A stretch of DNA of 64,000 bases. Source: Thermofilaceae archaeon. GTDB taxonomy: Archaea; Thermoproteota; Thermoprotei; Thermofilales; Thermofilaceae. The DNA is taken from positions 5,093 through 69,092 of the forward strand of contig JAWCCZ010000006.1 of the NCBI GenBank assembly GCA_038861545.1, in the 5' to 3' direction. Below the pieces are notes generated by a model. That model did no database searches. It had not been told where the DNA came from and was given only the letters and a program-made list of their open reading frames with translations. This document shows positions 36,704 through 46,211 of this stretch, one piece after another (the first letter of the stretch is position 1; each line of letters opens with the position of its first letter). The position numbers and the translations under genes are program-made.

Positions 36704-38593
36704 ATGTCTTTAAGTATTAAGGAAGGCGGAAAGATGCTCTCCTGGCGTGTTATCCTAATATACTTGTTTATAGTAGTTGTTTTACACCCCGTTTTGATTT
36801 ACAATTGGCTTACAAGCGGTCTCTGGGGCGTAGCAGGATTAAACGCTTGGGCAATTATACTGATCTTAGTCTGGTTAACAGCGAGAACTGGTTCGCCGTT
36901 AACGAAGGGCGAGATCTTTGCATTAAGGATGATAGACTCAGCAGGCTTGATGTACACTGGCTACTATTTCGCTTACATGCTTCGAAACATGTACTTCGCT
37001 AACTCCGAGATAGCTAAATTGTTTGGCCTCCAAGAGGAGGTTCCACCGTTCTTCGCACCTATCAAAGAGGACTTCATTCGAGTATCTATATTTAGAACGT
37101 TTTTCGATAAAGCATGGCTTCAGCCGATATTCTCTACCATCATAATACCTTTTGCTCTAGTCGTAACTGCGAACTACATACTCGGGCTAATATCCTATAG
37201 CATCTACGTCAGGGAGGAGCGGCTAGCGTTTCCATGGGCATCGTGGGACGCTAGAATGATGATCGCGTTCGGAGAGCGAGAGCCGACTAGGATTCGAACA
37301 ATCTCCTTGGCAATAATCGTCGGCGCGCTGTACGGTTTCATGACCAGCGGTTTATCGACTATCTTCAGATATCCGCTCGTCCCCCGTATGATGGTTGACT
37401 TCACGAGCTTGGTGGAAAATGTGATGCCTGGAGCAGCTTTCGCTTTCACAACGGACTTCATGAGCTACGTAGTCGGTTTTATTCTTCCGGTCAGGTATAC
37501 TGTTCTTCAACTCGCTGCCTCCGCAGCAATATCGGTGCTCGGTAACTACTATGTAACAATTAACGATTTATGGCCAGCTGAGGCTAAATGGCAACCGGGT
37601 AGAGGTATACTCTGGAACTTTAACATGTCAACCGTTTACTTCTGGAACAGCTTTACGCTGGGCTGGGGTCTCGCAGCAGCTCTGCTCCCATTAATAATCA
37701 GATATAAAGTAGTAGCCCGTGCATTCTCTGGTATCACTAAAGGACTTTCGGGTAGTACCGGTATCAAGTGGCTGGACTCTAAGTACCTTCTAGCCTCTTA
37801 CTTGCTGATAACATTGCTGTCAATAGCATTTGTGGAGTCGCTGGCACCAGGTTTTCCAATACATATACTCCTCCTATTCACTGTGGGAATTTCGCTACTT
37901 ATCACTCTGCTACAGACACATGCAGCCGGTATTCTAACGACAGTGAATATTCCCTATCTTCGTGAAGCTTTAATATACTTCAGCGGTTATAGGGCATTAA
38001 GTATCTGGTTTGTCTCCTCCGATGCAATGCTATTCACAGGAGGCTCGGGAGTTGCGCAGCAACTATTACAAGCTACAATGGTTGGAGTAGATGTAAGAGA
38101 GTACACTAAGGCTTACTTCATGCTGTCGCTCTTGGGGCTGGTAGGTAGCTTCGCCTTCGTCTCGCTTTTCTGGTATCTCTTCCCCATACCCGGACATGCT
38201 TATCCGTATACTCTATCAGGATGGCCAGTTGAATCGATGAACTTCTGGCGCTGGCAGTCCTGGCTTTGGACAGGTTACCTTTTCCGGAGAAACTGGATGA
38301 TAATGGGCTTCGGGCTCTCAACGGCAATGTACTTTATCTCTGACTTCCTATTGCATGATTTCTCTCTGCCTGTAGCGTTCATGAGCGGCATGCTGCTACC
38401 AATACATACGGCTTTAGCATACTTTGCTGGTTCACTAATCTCGAATTTCATAGCAAAGTATGCAGGGGAGCAATGGTGGAATGAGAATAGAGGGTACATA
38501 GCTATGGGTTTATGGCTCGGTGATAGTATAGTCTCGGCTTTCCTAATGTTAATGCAGCTGCTCAGTAGGTCCATCTGGTTACTGCCGTATTAA
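36704..38593 (+). CDS. large polytopic membrane protein, unknown function (distant paralog of 29840..31849)
   Basis: 629 aa. It starts 6 nt after the giant gene's stop. The motif YVREERLAFPWAS (about 37205-37243) and the C-terminal FIAKYAGEQWW..GLWLGDSIV parallel the 669-aa protein. Confidence 0.7.
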   Translation: MSLSIKEGGKMLSWRVILIYLFIVVVLHPVLIYNWLTSGLWGVAGLNAWAIILILVWLTARTGSPLTKGEIFALRMIDSAGLMYTGYYFAYMLRNMYFANSEIAKLFGLQEEVPPFFAPIKEDFIRVSIFRTFFDKAWLQPIFSTIIIPFALVVTANYILGLISYSIYVREERLAFPWASWDARMMIAFGEREPTRIRTISLAIIVGALYGFMTSGLSTIFRYPLVPRMMVDFTSLVENVMPGAAFAFTTDFMSYVVGFILPVRYTVLQLAASAAISVLGNYYVTINDLWPAEAKWQPGRGILWNFNMSTVYFWNSFTLGWGLAAALLPLIIRYKVVARAFSGITKGLSGSTGIKWLDSKYLLASYLLITLLSIAFVESLAPGFPIHILLLFTVGISLLITLLQTHAAGILTTVNIPYLREALIYFSGYRALSIWFVSSDAMLFTGGSGVAQQLLQATMVGVDVREYTKAYFMLSLLGLVGSFAFVSLFWYLFPIPGHAYPYTLSGWPVESMNFWRWQSWLWTGYLFRRNWMIMGFGLSTAMYFISDFLLHDFSLPVAFMSGMLLPIHTALAYFAGSLISNFIAKYAGEQWWNENRGYIAMGLWLGDSIVSAFLMLMQLLSRSIWLLPY

Positions 38594-38620
38594 AGAGCTC
38601 ACCTTCAACTATTTTTCAAA

Positions 38621-39430
38621 TTATTCTGAAGAACGTTTAGCTACTGCTAACGTGGAACCAGTTACTAAAAGTGCTACTCCAGTAACTGAAAACATGGACA
38701 CGATTAGCGATTTAACGATCTCCCTCCTATCGGGTCGCAGGGCTCCAACAAAGAACAAAGCTACTTCTTGTGAGAGAGTCGTTAATACTGCAACTCCTAT
38801 AGTTACACATCCGACTAGTAGAAGAACAGCTACCAGTTCAGACTTAGGCGTAACTCCCTCAAGACATTCCTTGATTATATCCTGAGGTACAAGATTGGGA
38901 ATAGACTTGGCTAAAGCCTTTAAAACTGGTGGAACAACAAGTAACTGGAAGGGTAGCATAGTCGAGAACCACCAGATGGTTAACCCAACGCTAAGCCCAG
39001 GTAAAAGCTCAATCGGCACGACACCTATAGTTGCTTGGTATAGAATGTAGAGAACCGCACATAAGGCGTTCCCGACACCTAGCGCTAACGTCGACGCTGC
39101 TATGAATCTCGGCCATCGAAACCTTCCCTGAAGCAATTTTCCGAATAGGTAAAAGGCTAAGAAGTTTGAAGGTACTGCAGCCACTAAGCTCGGAATGTAT
39201 AATGTAGCATGCTTTATTGAATCCGCGATCAACGTACCAATGGCTGCGCTCAACCCTCCGACAACCGGCCCTAAAAGCAATGCAAAAATGCTTGGAATAA
39301 TTACCGCTGGCCTAAATTGACCCAAACCCCAAGGGCTCTGGATATAGGCTGTTGCGTATGAGCCCACGAAGTACAGAGCAGCTCCTAGGCTCGTAAACGC
39401 GACGAGTTTTGAAGGGGTTCGCGTTTTCAC
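38621..39430 (-). CDS. ECF-transporter S-component-like membrane protein (solitary)
   Basis: 269 aa, about 6-7 TM. FRPAVIIPSIFALLLGPVVGGLSAAIGTLIADSIKH resembles the substrate-capture S-component/QueT-like signature. It is downstream of a nucleoside phosphorylase gene. Confidence 0.5.
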   Translation of the reverse strand: MKTRTPSKLVAFTSLGAALYFVGSYATAYIQSPWGLGQFRPAVIIPSIFALLLGPVVGGLSAAIGTLIADSIKHATLYIPSLVAAVPSNFLAFYLFGKLLQGRFRWPRFIAASTLALGVGNALCAVLYILYQATIGVVPIELLPGLSVGLTIWWFSTMLPFQLLVVPPVLKALAKSIPNLVPQDIIKECLEGVTPKSELVAVLLLVGCVTIGVAVLTTLSQEVALFFVGALRPDRREIVKSLIVSMFSVTGVALLVTGSTLAVAKRSSE

Positions 39431-39463
39431 GAAATAGCCTGCTAAAAATCGCTTTTAACACTG

Positions 39464-39483
39464 CTGTTTAATCATTTAAACAG
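39464..39483. repeat. perfect 8-bp inverted repeat (hairpin or operator)
   Basis: CTGTTTAA-TCAT-TTAAACAG lies between the stop of 39504..40253 and the start of 38621..39430. Confidence 0.3.
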
Positions 39484-39503
39484 TTAAAACTAAAAAGGGT
39501 TAT

Positions 39504-40253
39504 CTAAGCTTGAAGTGTACAAAGGGCTTTTAAAACACCTTTAGCGGCTTTTAGTTCGAGTTCCTTTCTTTTTTCCGCTCCTGCTTCCATGAACTCGCCG
39601 GTTGCAAGATTATCTATAACGATTAACGCTGCTCCCACCTTTAACCCTTTTAGCCTAGCTACTGTAAATATTGTGGCACACTCCATTTCAACCGCTAAAG
39701 CCCCCATCCCACTCCATAAAGGTAGATTAGCTTCCTCGGCGTGGAAGGCATCGCTGGACGCTACAATTCCTCTGTGCACATTTAACTTCTCCTCTTTAAG
39801 AGCTCTTTCAAGTTCTAGCACCACCTCTGGGTCCGCCACTGCAGGGTAGAAGACGCCTGGGGCATACATCGCCACTGTGCCCCCCGGGTTATGCATAGCG
39901 CCGAGCGCTACCACGGTATCACCTAGGTTCACCTCACTTGTAAGACCTCCGCATGTTCCAAGCCTAACGATTAGCTTCGCGCCTAGCATTTTGAGTTCCT
40001 CGACGACGATTGCAGCTGACGGCCCACCAATACCGTGCGTAGCTACAGTAATCAAGTTATCTTTGAAGAAACCGGTATATGTGTTAAAACCCCTATGAAG
40101 ATTCACTGCACTAGCGTTACTCAACAATTCCCGAGCTATCAGGTCCGCGCGCCCTGGGTCGCCAACCACTAAAACTTTTTCTGAAATTTCCCCTGGTTTA
40201 GCCAGTATATGGTATGGTTTCTTCGCAAGTATGTGCTTAGACTGTTTCAGCAT
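39504..40253 (-). CDS. purine/uridine nucleoside phosphorylase (PNP/UDP-1 family, DeoD-like)
   Basis: 249 aa. VLVVGDPGRA, ATHGIGGPSAAIVVEEL, RLGTCGGL and VEMECATIF are present. Confidence 0.85.
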   Translation of the reverse strand: MLKQSKHILAKKPYHILAKPGEISEKVLVVGDPGRADLIARELLSNASAVNLHRGFNTYTGFFKDNLITVATHGIGGPSAAIVVEELKMLGAKLIVRLGTCGGLTSEVNLGDTVVALGAMHNPGGTVAMYAPGVFYPAVADPEVVLELERALKEEKLNVHRGIVASSDAFHAEEANLPLWSGMGALAVEMECATIFTVARLKGLKVGAALIVIDNLATGEFMEAGAEKRKELELKAAKGVLKALCTLQA

Positions 40254-40340
40254 AGTTTTCCTACTAAAACTAATTTTTAGCGTTTTCCTCGGTTAGTAGA
40301 AGTGTACTGCCTGAGGTATAGAATTATCCGAGCAATTGAC

Positions 40341-41183
40341 TTAGAGTTTTGCTAGAAGGTTTTCTAGAAACATATACGAGGTTGTTACTTCTCTATCCAG
40401 ATCGCTGCACTCAAGTTCTCTGCTGAATCCCTCTGTAACCAAGTAACCCTCGTAGTGTATACGTTTGAGTTTTCTAAGTATAGTGGAAATGTCAACCCCT
40501 ATGCTCTTATTCCAGTATTCGTTTGCAGGATCGACTAGATGCACAAGTTTAATCCAATCCCTACAAGCATCTATATGCTCTTCTAATGACTCGCGATTTG
40601 GTCTCGCATGGACGTTACTGACTTCAAGGCATAAACCCACGCTATCAGATCCCACGGTCTCTAAAAAGTTCAAGATACTTTCCGAGGAAGTGAAGAAAAT
40701 ATTGACGAACTCAATGGCTAATTGGACTCCGCTTTCTTCGGCTAAGCGAGCGCTTTTACTGACAAGTTCTAAGGTCCAGCGATAGGCTTTTTCGCTAGGG
40801 ACGCCGAACACGGGTAATGGGCTAATTCCATACATTACAGTGTCCCCCTCAAGGTAATGAGCTAGATGAATAGCATTTTTCAAGCGTTTAAACGCAAGCA
40901 CCCTATCTGCTTCAGTGGGTAAAAGCTCTAAGCCGGGAGCGAACGTGGGGATCGTTATTCCTGAAGCTTTCAGGTTTAAGTGTTCTAAAAGCTCTTTAAG
41001 CTGTTTCTTTTCTCTCTCCGACATAGCTGAAGGCCAGAACTCTAACGGATACTCGCATAGGTCAACAGCTCTGTAATAGTTTTTCACTATCCTCTTCAGG
41101 ATTTCGACCAGCGTGAAGTTAAAGGTTCTTCCAGGCCATTCATAGCATTTCCAGAAAACCCTAGTCATTATGGAAATTTTCAT
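40341..41183 (-). CDS. sugar phosphate isomerase/epimerase (xylose isomerase-like TIM barrel)
   Basis: 280 aa with the family-typical IEFVN...LCLEVSN...VHLVD pattern. It overlaps the upstream Gfo/Idh/MocA gene by 4 nt. Confidence 0.8.
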   Translation of the reverse strand: MKISIMTRVFWKCYEWPGRTFNFTLVEILKRIVKNYYRAVDLCEYPLEFWPSAMSEREKKQLKELLEHLNLKASGITIPTFAPGLELLPTEADRVLAFKRLKNAIHLAHYLEGDTVMYGISPLPVFGVPSEKAYRWTLELVSKSARLAEESGVQLAIEFVNIFFTSSESILNFLETVGSDSVGLCLEVSNVHARPNRESLEEHIDACRDWIKLVHLVDPANEYWNKSIGVDISTILRKLKRIHYEGYLVTEGFSRELECSDLDREVTTSYMFLENLLAKL

Positions 41184-42268
41184 CCATCCACCTCAGTCAG
41201 CTTGAACAGTGGATTGTAATCAATCTTCAGCGGCAGGGTTACAGTTTCTCTTAAACGGGCTGATTCAAAGATAGCCATTAAAACTTCTAAAGTTTTACGA
41301 GCTTGAAACCCGCTAGATAATGGCTGTCTGTCTTCTTCAACGCTTTTCACCAAATCTTTTATAATTTCAACGAAGGGGTCACTTTGAGGTATTAACGGAG
41401 TTTCCCATTTATCCATGCCTTTCCCCCAGTACCTAAGCCTCGGTTCATTCCATTCTCCTACCTCCAGTGTTCCATTGCTACCAGCCACGTAAAAGGAGCA
41501 ATATGGGATTCCCCGGTTCCACCAGTTTATTCTCTTAGCTCTGCCAAGATTCTTGAACACACTTTCGCTACTAAAACCGAACTGGCCTAGGGGGACTTGA
41601 GTACCTGTTATTTGCGAAGTCTCGACGAATACTTTGACACCATTGCTAAGTTTAAGGTAGCCGATAGCGGCATCTTCAACTAGGTGCCCATACCTCCTAC
41701 GTTTCTCATAGAGGTCAACTTGTCCTATAACCCACTCGGCATTCGAGTCACCGGCCAGGAAAAACGCGAGGTCCACTAGATGCGTCCCGTCGCTCAACAT
41801 GTCGCCCACGGCTGCTCCATGAATAAAAGTCACTTCTCCGATGACGCCTGAAGCCAGCAATTTTCTAGCTAAAATATATTCACCTGAGTAACGTCTGATG
41901 TGAGCTACGGCAAGCTTCGACCTAGCCCTTTCACAGGCACTAATCATAGTATCTGCATCTTTAAGTGTAAGGGCTATAGGCTTCTCGCATAAAATTCCAT
42001 TTACTCCAGACTCGGCTGCTGCAACGGTTATTTCACAGTGCAAGGATGGCCATGTGCAGACGCTTACCAGATCGAGATCTTCTTTTTTAAGCATCTCCAT
42101 GTAATCTGTATATGTTCGCTCAACACGATACGTTTCCTTAAATTTATAGAGCTTAGTTACATCAATATCGCATGAAGCTGTTATCTTCATACCTAACTCA
42201 AGGTAAGCTCTAGCGTGGGCTGCAGCAATGTTTCCCGTTCCGATGATCCCTACATGATACTCATACAT
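41180..42268 (-). CDS. Gfo/Idh/MocA family oxidoreductase
   Basis: 362 aa with VGIIGTGNIA and ILCEKPIALT. Confidence 0.9.
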   Translation of the reverse strand: MYEYHVGIIGTGNIAAAHARAYLELGMKITASCDIDVTKLYKFKETYRVERTYTDYMEMLKKEDLDLVSVCTWPSLHCEITVAAAESGVNGILCEKPIALTLKDADTMISACERARSKLAVAHIRRYSGEYILARKLLASGVIGEVTFIHGAAVGDMLSDGTHLVDLAFFLAGDSNAEWVIGQVDLYEKRRRYGHLVEDAAIGYLKLSNGVKVFVETSQITGTQVPLGQFGFSSESVFKNLGRAKRINWWNRGIPYCSFYVAGSNGTLEVGEWNEPRLRYWGKGMDKWETPLIPQSDPFVEIIKDLVKSVEEDRQPLSSGFQARKTLEVLMAIFESARLRETVTLPLKIDYNPLFKLTEVDG

Positions 42269-42423
42269 GCAACCTGCATAGAAACGCTAATATTTAATGC
42301 TACTTTAGTCCACAAAACATTCTCCGAAGATCTTGAAATTGGATAGACCTTTTACTCCACATAGAACATGGGTCGATTAATTTAAGTAAAACTTAAAATG
42401 ACAGTGAGACGCACTTTTCCTCC

Positions 42424-43500
42424 GTGAGGCTTAAGTCACTGTTTACATCGCTTGCTTTATTTGCGTCTCTGCTCACCGTTTCTGCACAACCTGTTAAATG
42501 GGTAACCTATGGGGAAGCACTTAACTTAGCTGTTAAAGAGTGGAAGCCTATATACATTTACTTTTTCTCTGATAGATGTCCTTACTGCAGTATGATGGAG
42601 GATACTTTTTCTAATCAAAGTGTGATGAAGGTATTAAGCACGGGTTTTGTAGCTGTGCGGGTAAACATTGCAGAGCAGCCTGACTTAGCTTCAACATACG
42701 GTATTCCTGGAACTCCTTCCCATGTATTCCTTTATCCCAACGGTAGCTTAATTGGGGGAGTCGCTGGCTATAGAGATCCCGAGAGTTTTCTCGCAATACT
42801 TCATAAGGTTTTGAGCATAATTGGGCCGGCTAGCAGCAGTAGTGAAGCCAGAAGTTCTCCTTCACATGATTCAGAAATGTTAAGCGCGTTTGCATCTTTC
42901 ACTTTAGGGTTAATTACACCTCTTACTCCATGCATACTTCCGATGCTACCAGTAGTGCATTTAATATCATCGAAAAGCGGGCGAAAAGGAATACTTCTTT
43001 TCTCACTGGGTTTTATGTTCACCTACAGCATCCTAGGTATAATAGCCAGCGGTTTTCTTTTATTTATTAGAAACACGATTGAACCAGCTGTTCACTTTCT
43101 CTTACTCTTATCCGGTTTAGTTTTAACTGTGAACCAGGCAAATAAGCTGTTTTCAGCTTTACTAGGTTTTTTAACAAATAGGCTTGCAGGAATAGTGCGT
43201 AGCAGGAGCACTTTAATCCTAGGCGGGTTAAGTGTATTTCTTTGGGGGCCATGTTTAGCCCCTATGGCTGGGGCTGCTCTCGCCACCGCGGTTATCGTAG
43301 CCAGTCCTGTTTTCGTTTACCTGTCTACGGTGCTTTTCGCCCTCGGTTTCTCTACTATGCTGTATATTTTATTGATTGCAATGAAGAAAGCTCGAGGCTT
43401 AGCTACTAAGCGGCGGGCTTTAAAGAGCTTCGAGAAACTGTTAGGTTCCATTATGGTATTTTCAGCTCTTCTCTACTTTAGCGGTCTAATTAAGTTTTAA
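42424..43500 (+). CDS. thioredoxin-fold domain fused to CcdA/DsbD-type transmembrane thiol-disulfide transporter
   Basis: GTG start. A signal peptide is followed by the Trx-like IYIYFFSDRCPYCSMM (CxxC). The membrane domain has ITPLTPCILPMLP and LWGPCLAPMAG, the two CcdA/DsbD Cys motifs. Confidence 0.75.
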   Translation: MRLKSLFTSLALFASLLTVSAQPVKWVTYGEALNLAVKEWKPIYIYFFSDRCPYCSMMEDTFSNQSVMKVLSTGFVAVRVNIAEQPDLASTYGIPGTPSHVFLYPNGSLIGGVAGYRDPESFLAILHKVLSIIGPASSSSEARSSPSHDSEMLSAFASFTLGLITPLTPCILPMLPVVHLISSKSGRKGILLFSLGFMFTYSILGIIASGFLLFIRNTIEPAVHFLLLLSGLVLTVNQANKLFSALLGFLTNRLAGIVRSRSTLILGGLSVFLWGPCLAPMAGAALATAVIVASPVFVYLSTVLFALGFSTMLYILLIAMKKARGLATKRRALKSFEKLLGSIMVFSALLYFSGLIKF

Positions 43501-43581
43501 CCTTAAATAATTCACCATGATACTTAACCGAACTATCCGGTACTAGAAGGGTTTATTTTCCAGTTTCTCTTAATTTAGTTT

Positions 43582-44121
43582 ATGAGGGAAGTTAAAACAT
43601 TCTACCTCTTGCTTCATCCTAGGCCAGCTTACATTATAGGAAGCGGGAGATTCGGCGAGCGCGTAAACGTTATGGCTGCCTCGTGGGTTGTTCCGGCAGC
43701 TGAAGAGCCCCCATTAGTGGTCATATCGATAGGTGTTGACAGTCTTACTCACAAGTTAATCGAAACCTTCGGCGAGTTCACGGTGAATATAGTATCCATG
43801 GAGATGCTGGGTCAGCTGTATTATGTTGGAAGGATAAGTGGACATAAGGAGGATAAAACTAAGCTTGTGAAAGTGGTTAAAGGGGAAAAGGTTTCAGCGC
43901 CGGTTGTAGATGGAGCCGTAGGCATAATTGAGTGTAAAGTGTATAGCAAAGCGAAAGCTGAAGATGTGACAATTTTTATCGGAGAAGTTCTGACTGCAAG
44001 GGCTGATGAGAGGTTTTTCGATGATCGGAAAGGTTGGGATTTCAAAGAGATTGATCTTCCTCTGCATAACTGGGGTCGCGGTTTTTACGGAGTAGGTGCA
44101 TTCAGAATGGCTAAAAGCTAG
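43582..44121 (+). CDS. flavin reductase-like FMN-binding domain protein
   Basis: 179 aa. NVMAASWVVPAAEEPPLVVISIG...HKLIETFGEFTVNI is the flavin reductase family pattern. Confidence 0.75.
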   Translation: MREVKTFYLLLHPRPAYIIGSGRFGERVNVMAASWVVPAAEEPPLVVISIGVDSLTHKLIETFGEFTVNIVSMEMLGQLYYVGRISGHKEDKTKLVKVVKGEKVSAPVVDGAVGIIECKVYSKAKAEDVTIFIGEVLTARADERFFDDRKGWDFKEIDLPLHNWGRGFYGVGAFRMAKS

Positions 44122-44203
44122 GTAAATATTTTCTAACAATTTAAATGAATGTTTATTCCACCTTTTTACACTAAACCAATCAGTTCCTATTAGTGCTGGG
44201 TTA

Positions 44204-44446
44204 TTAGTCTTCCTCTTCTTCCTCTTCCTCGTAAAATTCTAATCTTTCCCGGGTTGCCTCTTCCTCCTCTGGATGCTTACGTAGGTGTTCTATTAAGGAT
44301 GCTTTACTTTCGAATTTCTTCCAACACTTCGGACAAACTAGGTAGTAGGGACCTCCCGGCGTATGCCAGGAAGCTATATGAGCTTGCATGTCTTCTTCGT
44401 AATAGAATAGAGCTCCACATTCAGGACATTCCCTCAATCCACTCAT
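44204..44446 (-). CDS. C2H2 zinc-finger protein with poly-acidic tail
   Basis: 80 aa with two C2H2 units, CPECGALFYYEEDMQAHIASWH and CPKCWKKFESKASLIEHLRKH. It ends FYEEEEEEED. Confidence 0.7.
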   Translation of the reverse strand: MSGLRECPECGALFYYEEDMQAHIASWHTPGGPYYLVCPKCWKKFESKASLIEHLRKHPEEEEATRERLEFYEEEEEEED

Positions 44447-44469
44447 AAGCCCTTAATCATATTACCTTT

Positions 44470-44509
44470 ATACAGGCTTCGGTTGCATTTAATACAAATC
44501 TGCCTGTAT
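44470..44509. repeat. 8-bp inverted repeat with 24-nt spacer
   Basis: ATACAGGC(44470-77)...GCCTGTAT(44502-09) lies between the PhoU-like stop and the zinc-finger gene start. Confidence 0.25.
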
Positions 44510-44575
44510 CTCAAACTAGCTAGTTTTAACTTGAATTCATAAATGGCGAGTAAATTATTTTTAAAATACGGGATT

Positions 44576-45613
44576 TTACGACTGGTATTCCTCCAGAGAA
44601 AGATCGACTGTAGCTTCAAGTATATCCATTGAATAGTCGCAAACTCTTCTTAAGCTGTCCGCAATAAGCCTTATAATCATGTGCCGCCTAGCATCGCAAG
44701 GTTCTTCAAGTATCTTGCTTATGAATCTTCGTTCGGTTTCAATTAGCTTTGGCGGGTACTCGTCCAGCAGAGATAAAGCCCTAGCGCGGTCTCTAGTTGT
44801 GAAGCAACGTATTGAGTTAGTAAAAACTTCTTTAGCTAGCTTTGTCATTAGGTCTAGCTCGTTTTCAAGACCTTTAATTGACACATGAGCTTCGATTAAA
44901 GACTCGGTATTAGCTGCTATCTTCTGGGCATGATCAGCGGCTCTTTCAATGCTCTTTCCAGTGATCGCGTACTCTATCGCCTCTTCAAGGCTTCTTAACC
45001 CAATCTCCTTTATGCTGACAAACCCTCTAACGCTAGCGTTAAGTTGTCTAAGCAAGTATAAGTGTAGTTTATCCACAAAGTCATCCCGCTCAACCACGTC
45101 CTTTAACAACTTAGTATCACTTGAGAACAAACCCTCCATTGAGTCGCTAATCATACCACCTGCTATTTGCCCCATTCTTTGGATTACCACGTTAACTGGA
45201 AGTTCTTCCACGTTAACTAGTACCTGGAGAACTATCGTTTGCTCATTTTCTTCGAGGAGTTCAACTCCAATCATTTTATTGGCTACAACTTTCCTTACAA
45301 TGTCTCGGTACTCGATAGCATCGTCGGGGAAAAATATTTCTACAATCTTGTAGCCAGCTAGGTAGCGAGCCATAAGCTCCCTTATGAATGAATCTTTGCT
45401 TGTATCTCTCTCCACGCTCAACTTTATCACAGGCTTTTTCATCCTTTGAAAAGTGGGTGGGAGGATTCGTAGTGACCCGTCCGGCTCGAATGAGATGGAG
45501 ACTGGTATACCCTGCTGAAGGCCAACCCGTTTGGCCCAGCCCTTAGGGAGCGACACAACGTACGTGGATTTACCAATCACTTGTATCCTGCGTACTACTT
45601 CTCTAGTCTCCAC
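44576..45613 (-). CDS. AbrB/SpoVT-domain + tandem PhoU-domain regulator
   Basis: 345 aa. The N-terminal YVVSLPKGWAKRVGLQQGIPVSISFEPDGSLRILP is the AbrB fold. Two PhoU-like helical repeats follow. No pst genes are nearby. Confidence 0.75.
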   Translation of the reverse strand: METREVVRRIQVIGKSTYVVSLPKGWAKRVGLQQGIPVSISFEPDGSLRILPPTFQRMKKPVIKLSVERDTSKDSFIRELMARYLAGYKIVEIFFPDDAIEYRDIVRKVVANKMIGVELLEENEQTIVLQVLVNVEELPVNVVIQRMGQIAGGMISDSMEGLFSSDTKLLKDVVERDDFVDKLHLYLLRQLNASVRGFVSIKEIGLRSLEEAIEYAITGKSIERAADHAQKIAANTESLIEAHVSIKGLENELDLMTKLAKEVFTNSIRCFTTRDRARALSLLDEYPPKLIETERRFISKILEEPCDARRHMIIRLIADSLRRVCDYSMDILEATVDLSLEEYQS

Positions 45614-45710
45614 CTTTTAATCACCTTTCGTAAGCCCCTTATAGAATCCTTTAAAAACTTATACCACCTATATAAAAACTACTTAGAATACTTGCAAGCT
45701 ATTATAGCTA

Positions 45711-46211
45711 TTAACTTACACTGCTTCTCAGTTTATTGAAACCCACGATAAGCGTGCCATTTAGGCCTGCCCCCTCCAGCAGTTGTAATAAGTAAATGTG
45801 GGCAAGAGGTGACGGTGATGCAACTATACAGTCTTCAACTATTGAATCCAGTTCGGGTATCCTCAAAGGTAATATAACTACTATGTGTTCGCCCCTGGAA
45901 TCTTTTAAAGCCTCGTGTCGAACTTCCAACCCCCGCTCGGTAATAAATCCAATTTCTCTCCCACCAATTTTTAAAACCGCGTAAGGTCCGGGAGGCCAAT
46001 TAAAGCCAGGAGACGTAAGCGCAGCAAAAACCTTTCTCCTCTTCAAGCATTCTTCTACGCCAATATTAACCGGTTTACCTAAAAAACTCGTAAATTGGGA
46101 GTAGTTTAACTCGAGTTCTTTAATCCTGTTCCTCTCTTCACAGTTCAATTCCTTGACTTTAAGCACTCCTCGCCAGCTTAAAGTTTTTAATAGAGTTTCC
46201 TCGAATCTCAC
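45711..46211 (-). CDS. hypothetical protein co-transcribed with a Gfo/Idh/MocA oxidoreductase
   Basis: 166-aa ORF that overlaps the upstream gene by 4 nt. No family recognised. Confidence 0.5.
   Translation of the reverse strand: MRFEETLLKTLSWRGVLKVKELNCEERNRIKELELNYSQFTSFLGKPVNIGVEECLKRRKVFAALTSPGFNWPPGPYAVLKIGGREIGFITERGLEVRHEALKDSRGEHIVVILPLRIPELDSIVEDCIVASPSPLAHIYLLQLLEGAGLNGTLIVGFNKLRSSVS

Noticed and set aside
32494-38574. Minus-strand and alternative-frame ORFs inside the giant gene and the 629-aa membrane gene (for example 32494-32808, 34825-35103, 36805-37002, 37204-37461, 38118-38574).
   Set aside because: All are embedded in long, motif-supported CDSs on the other strand or frame.
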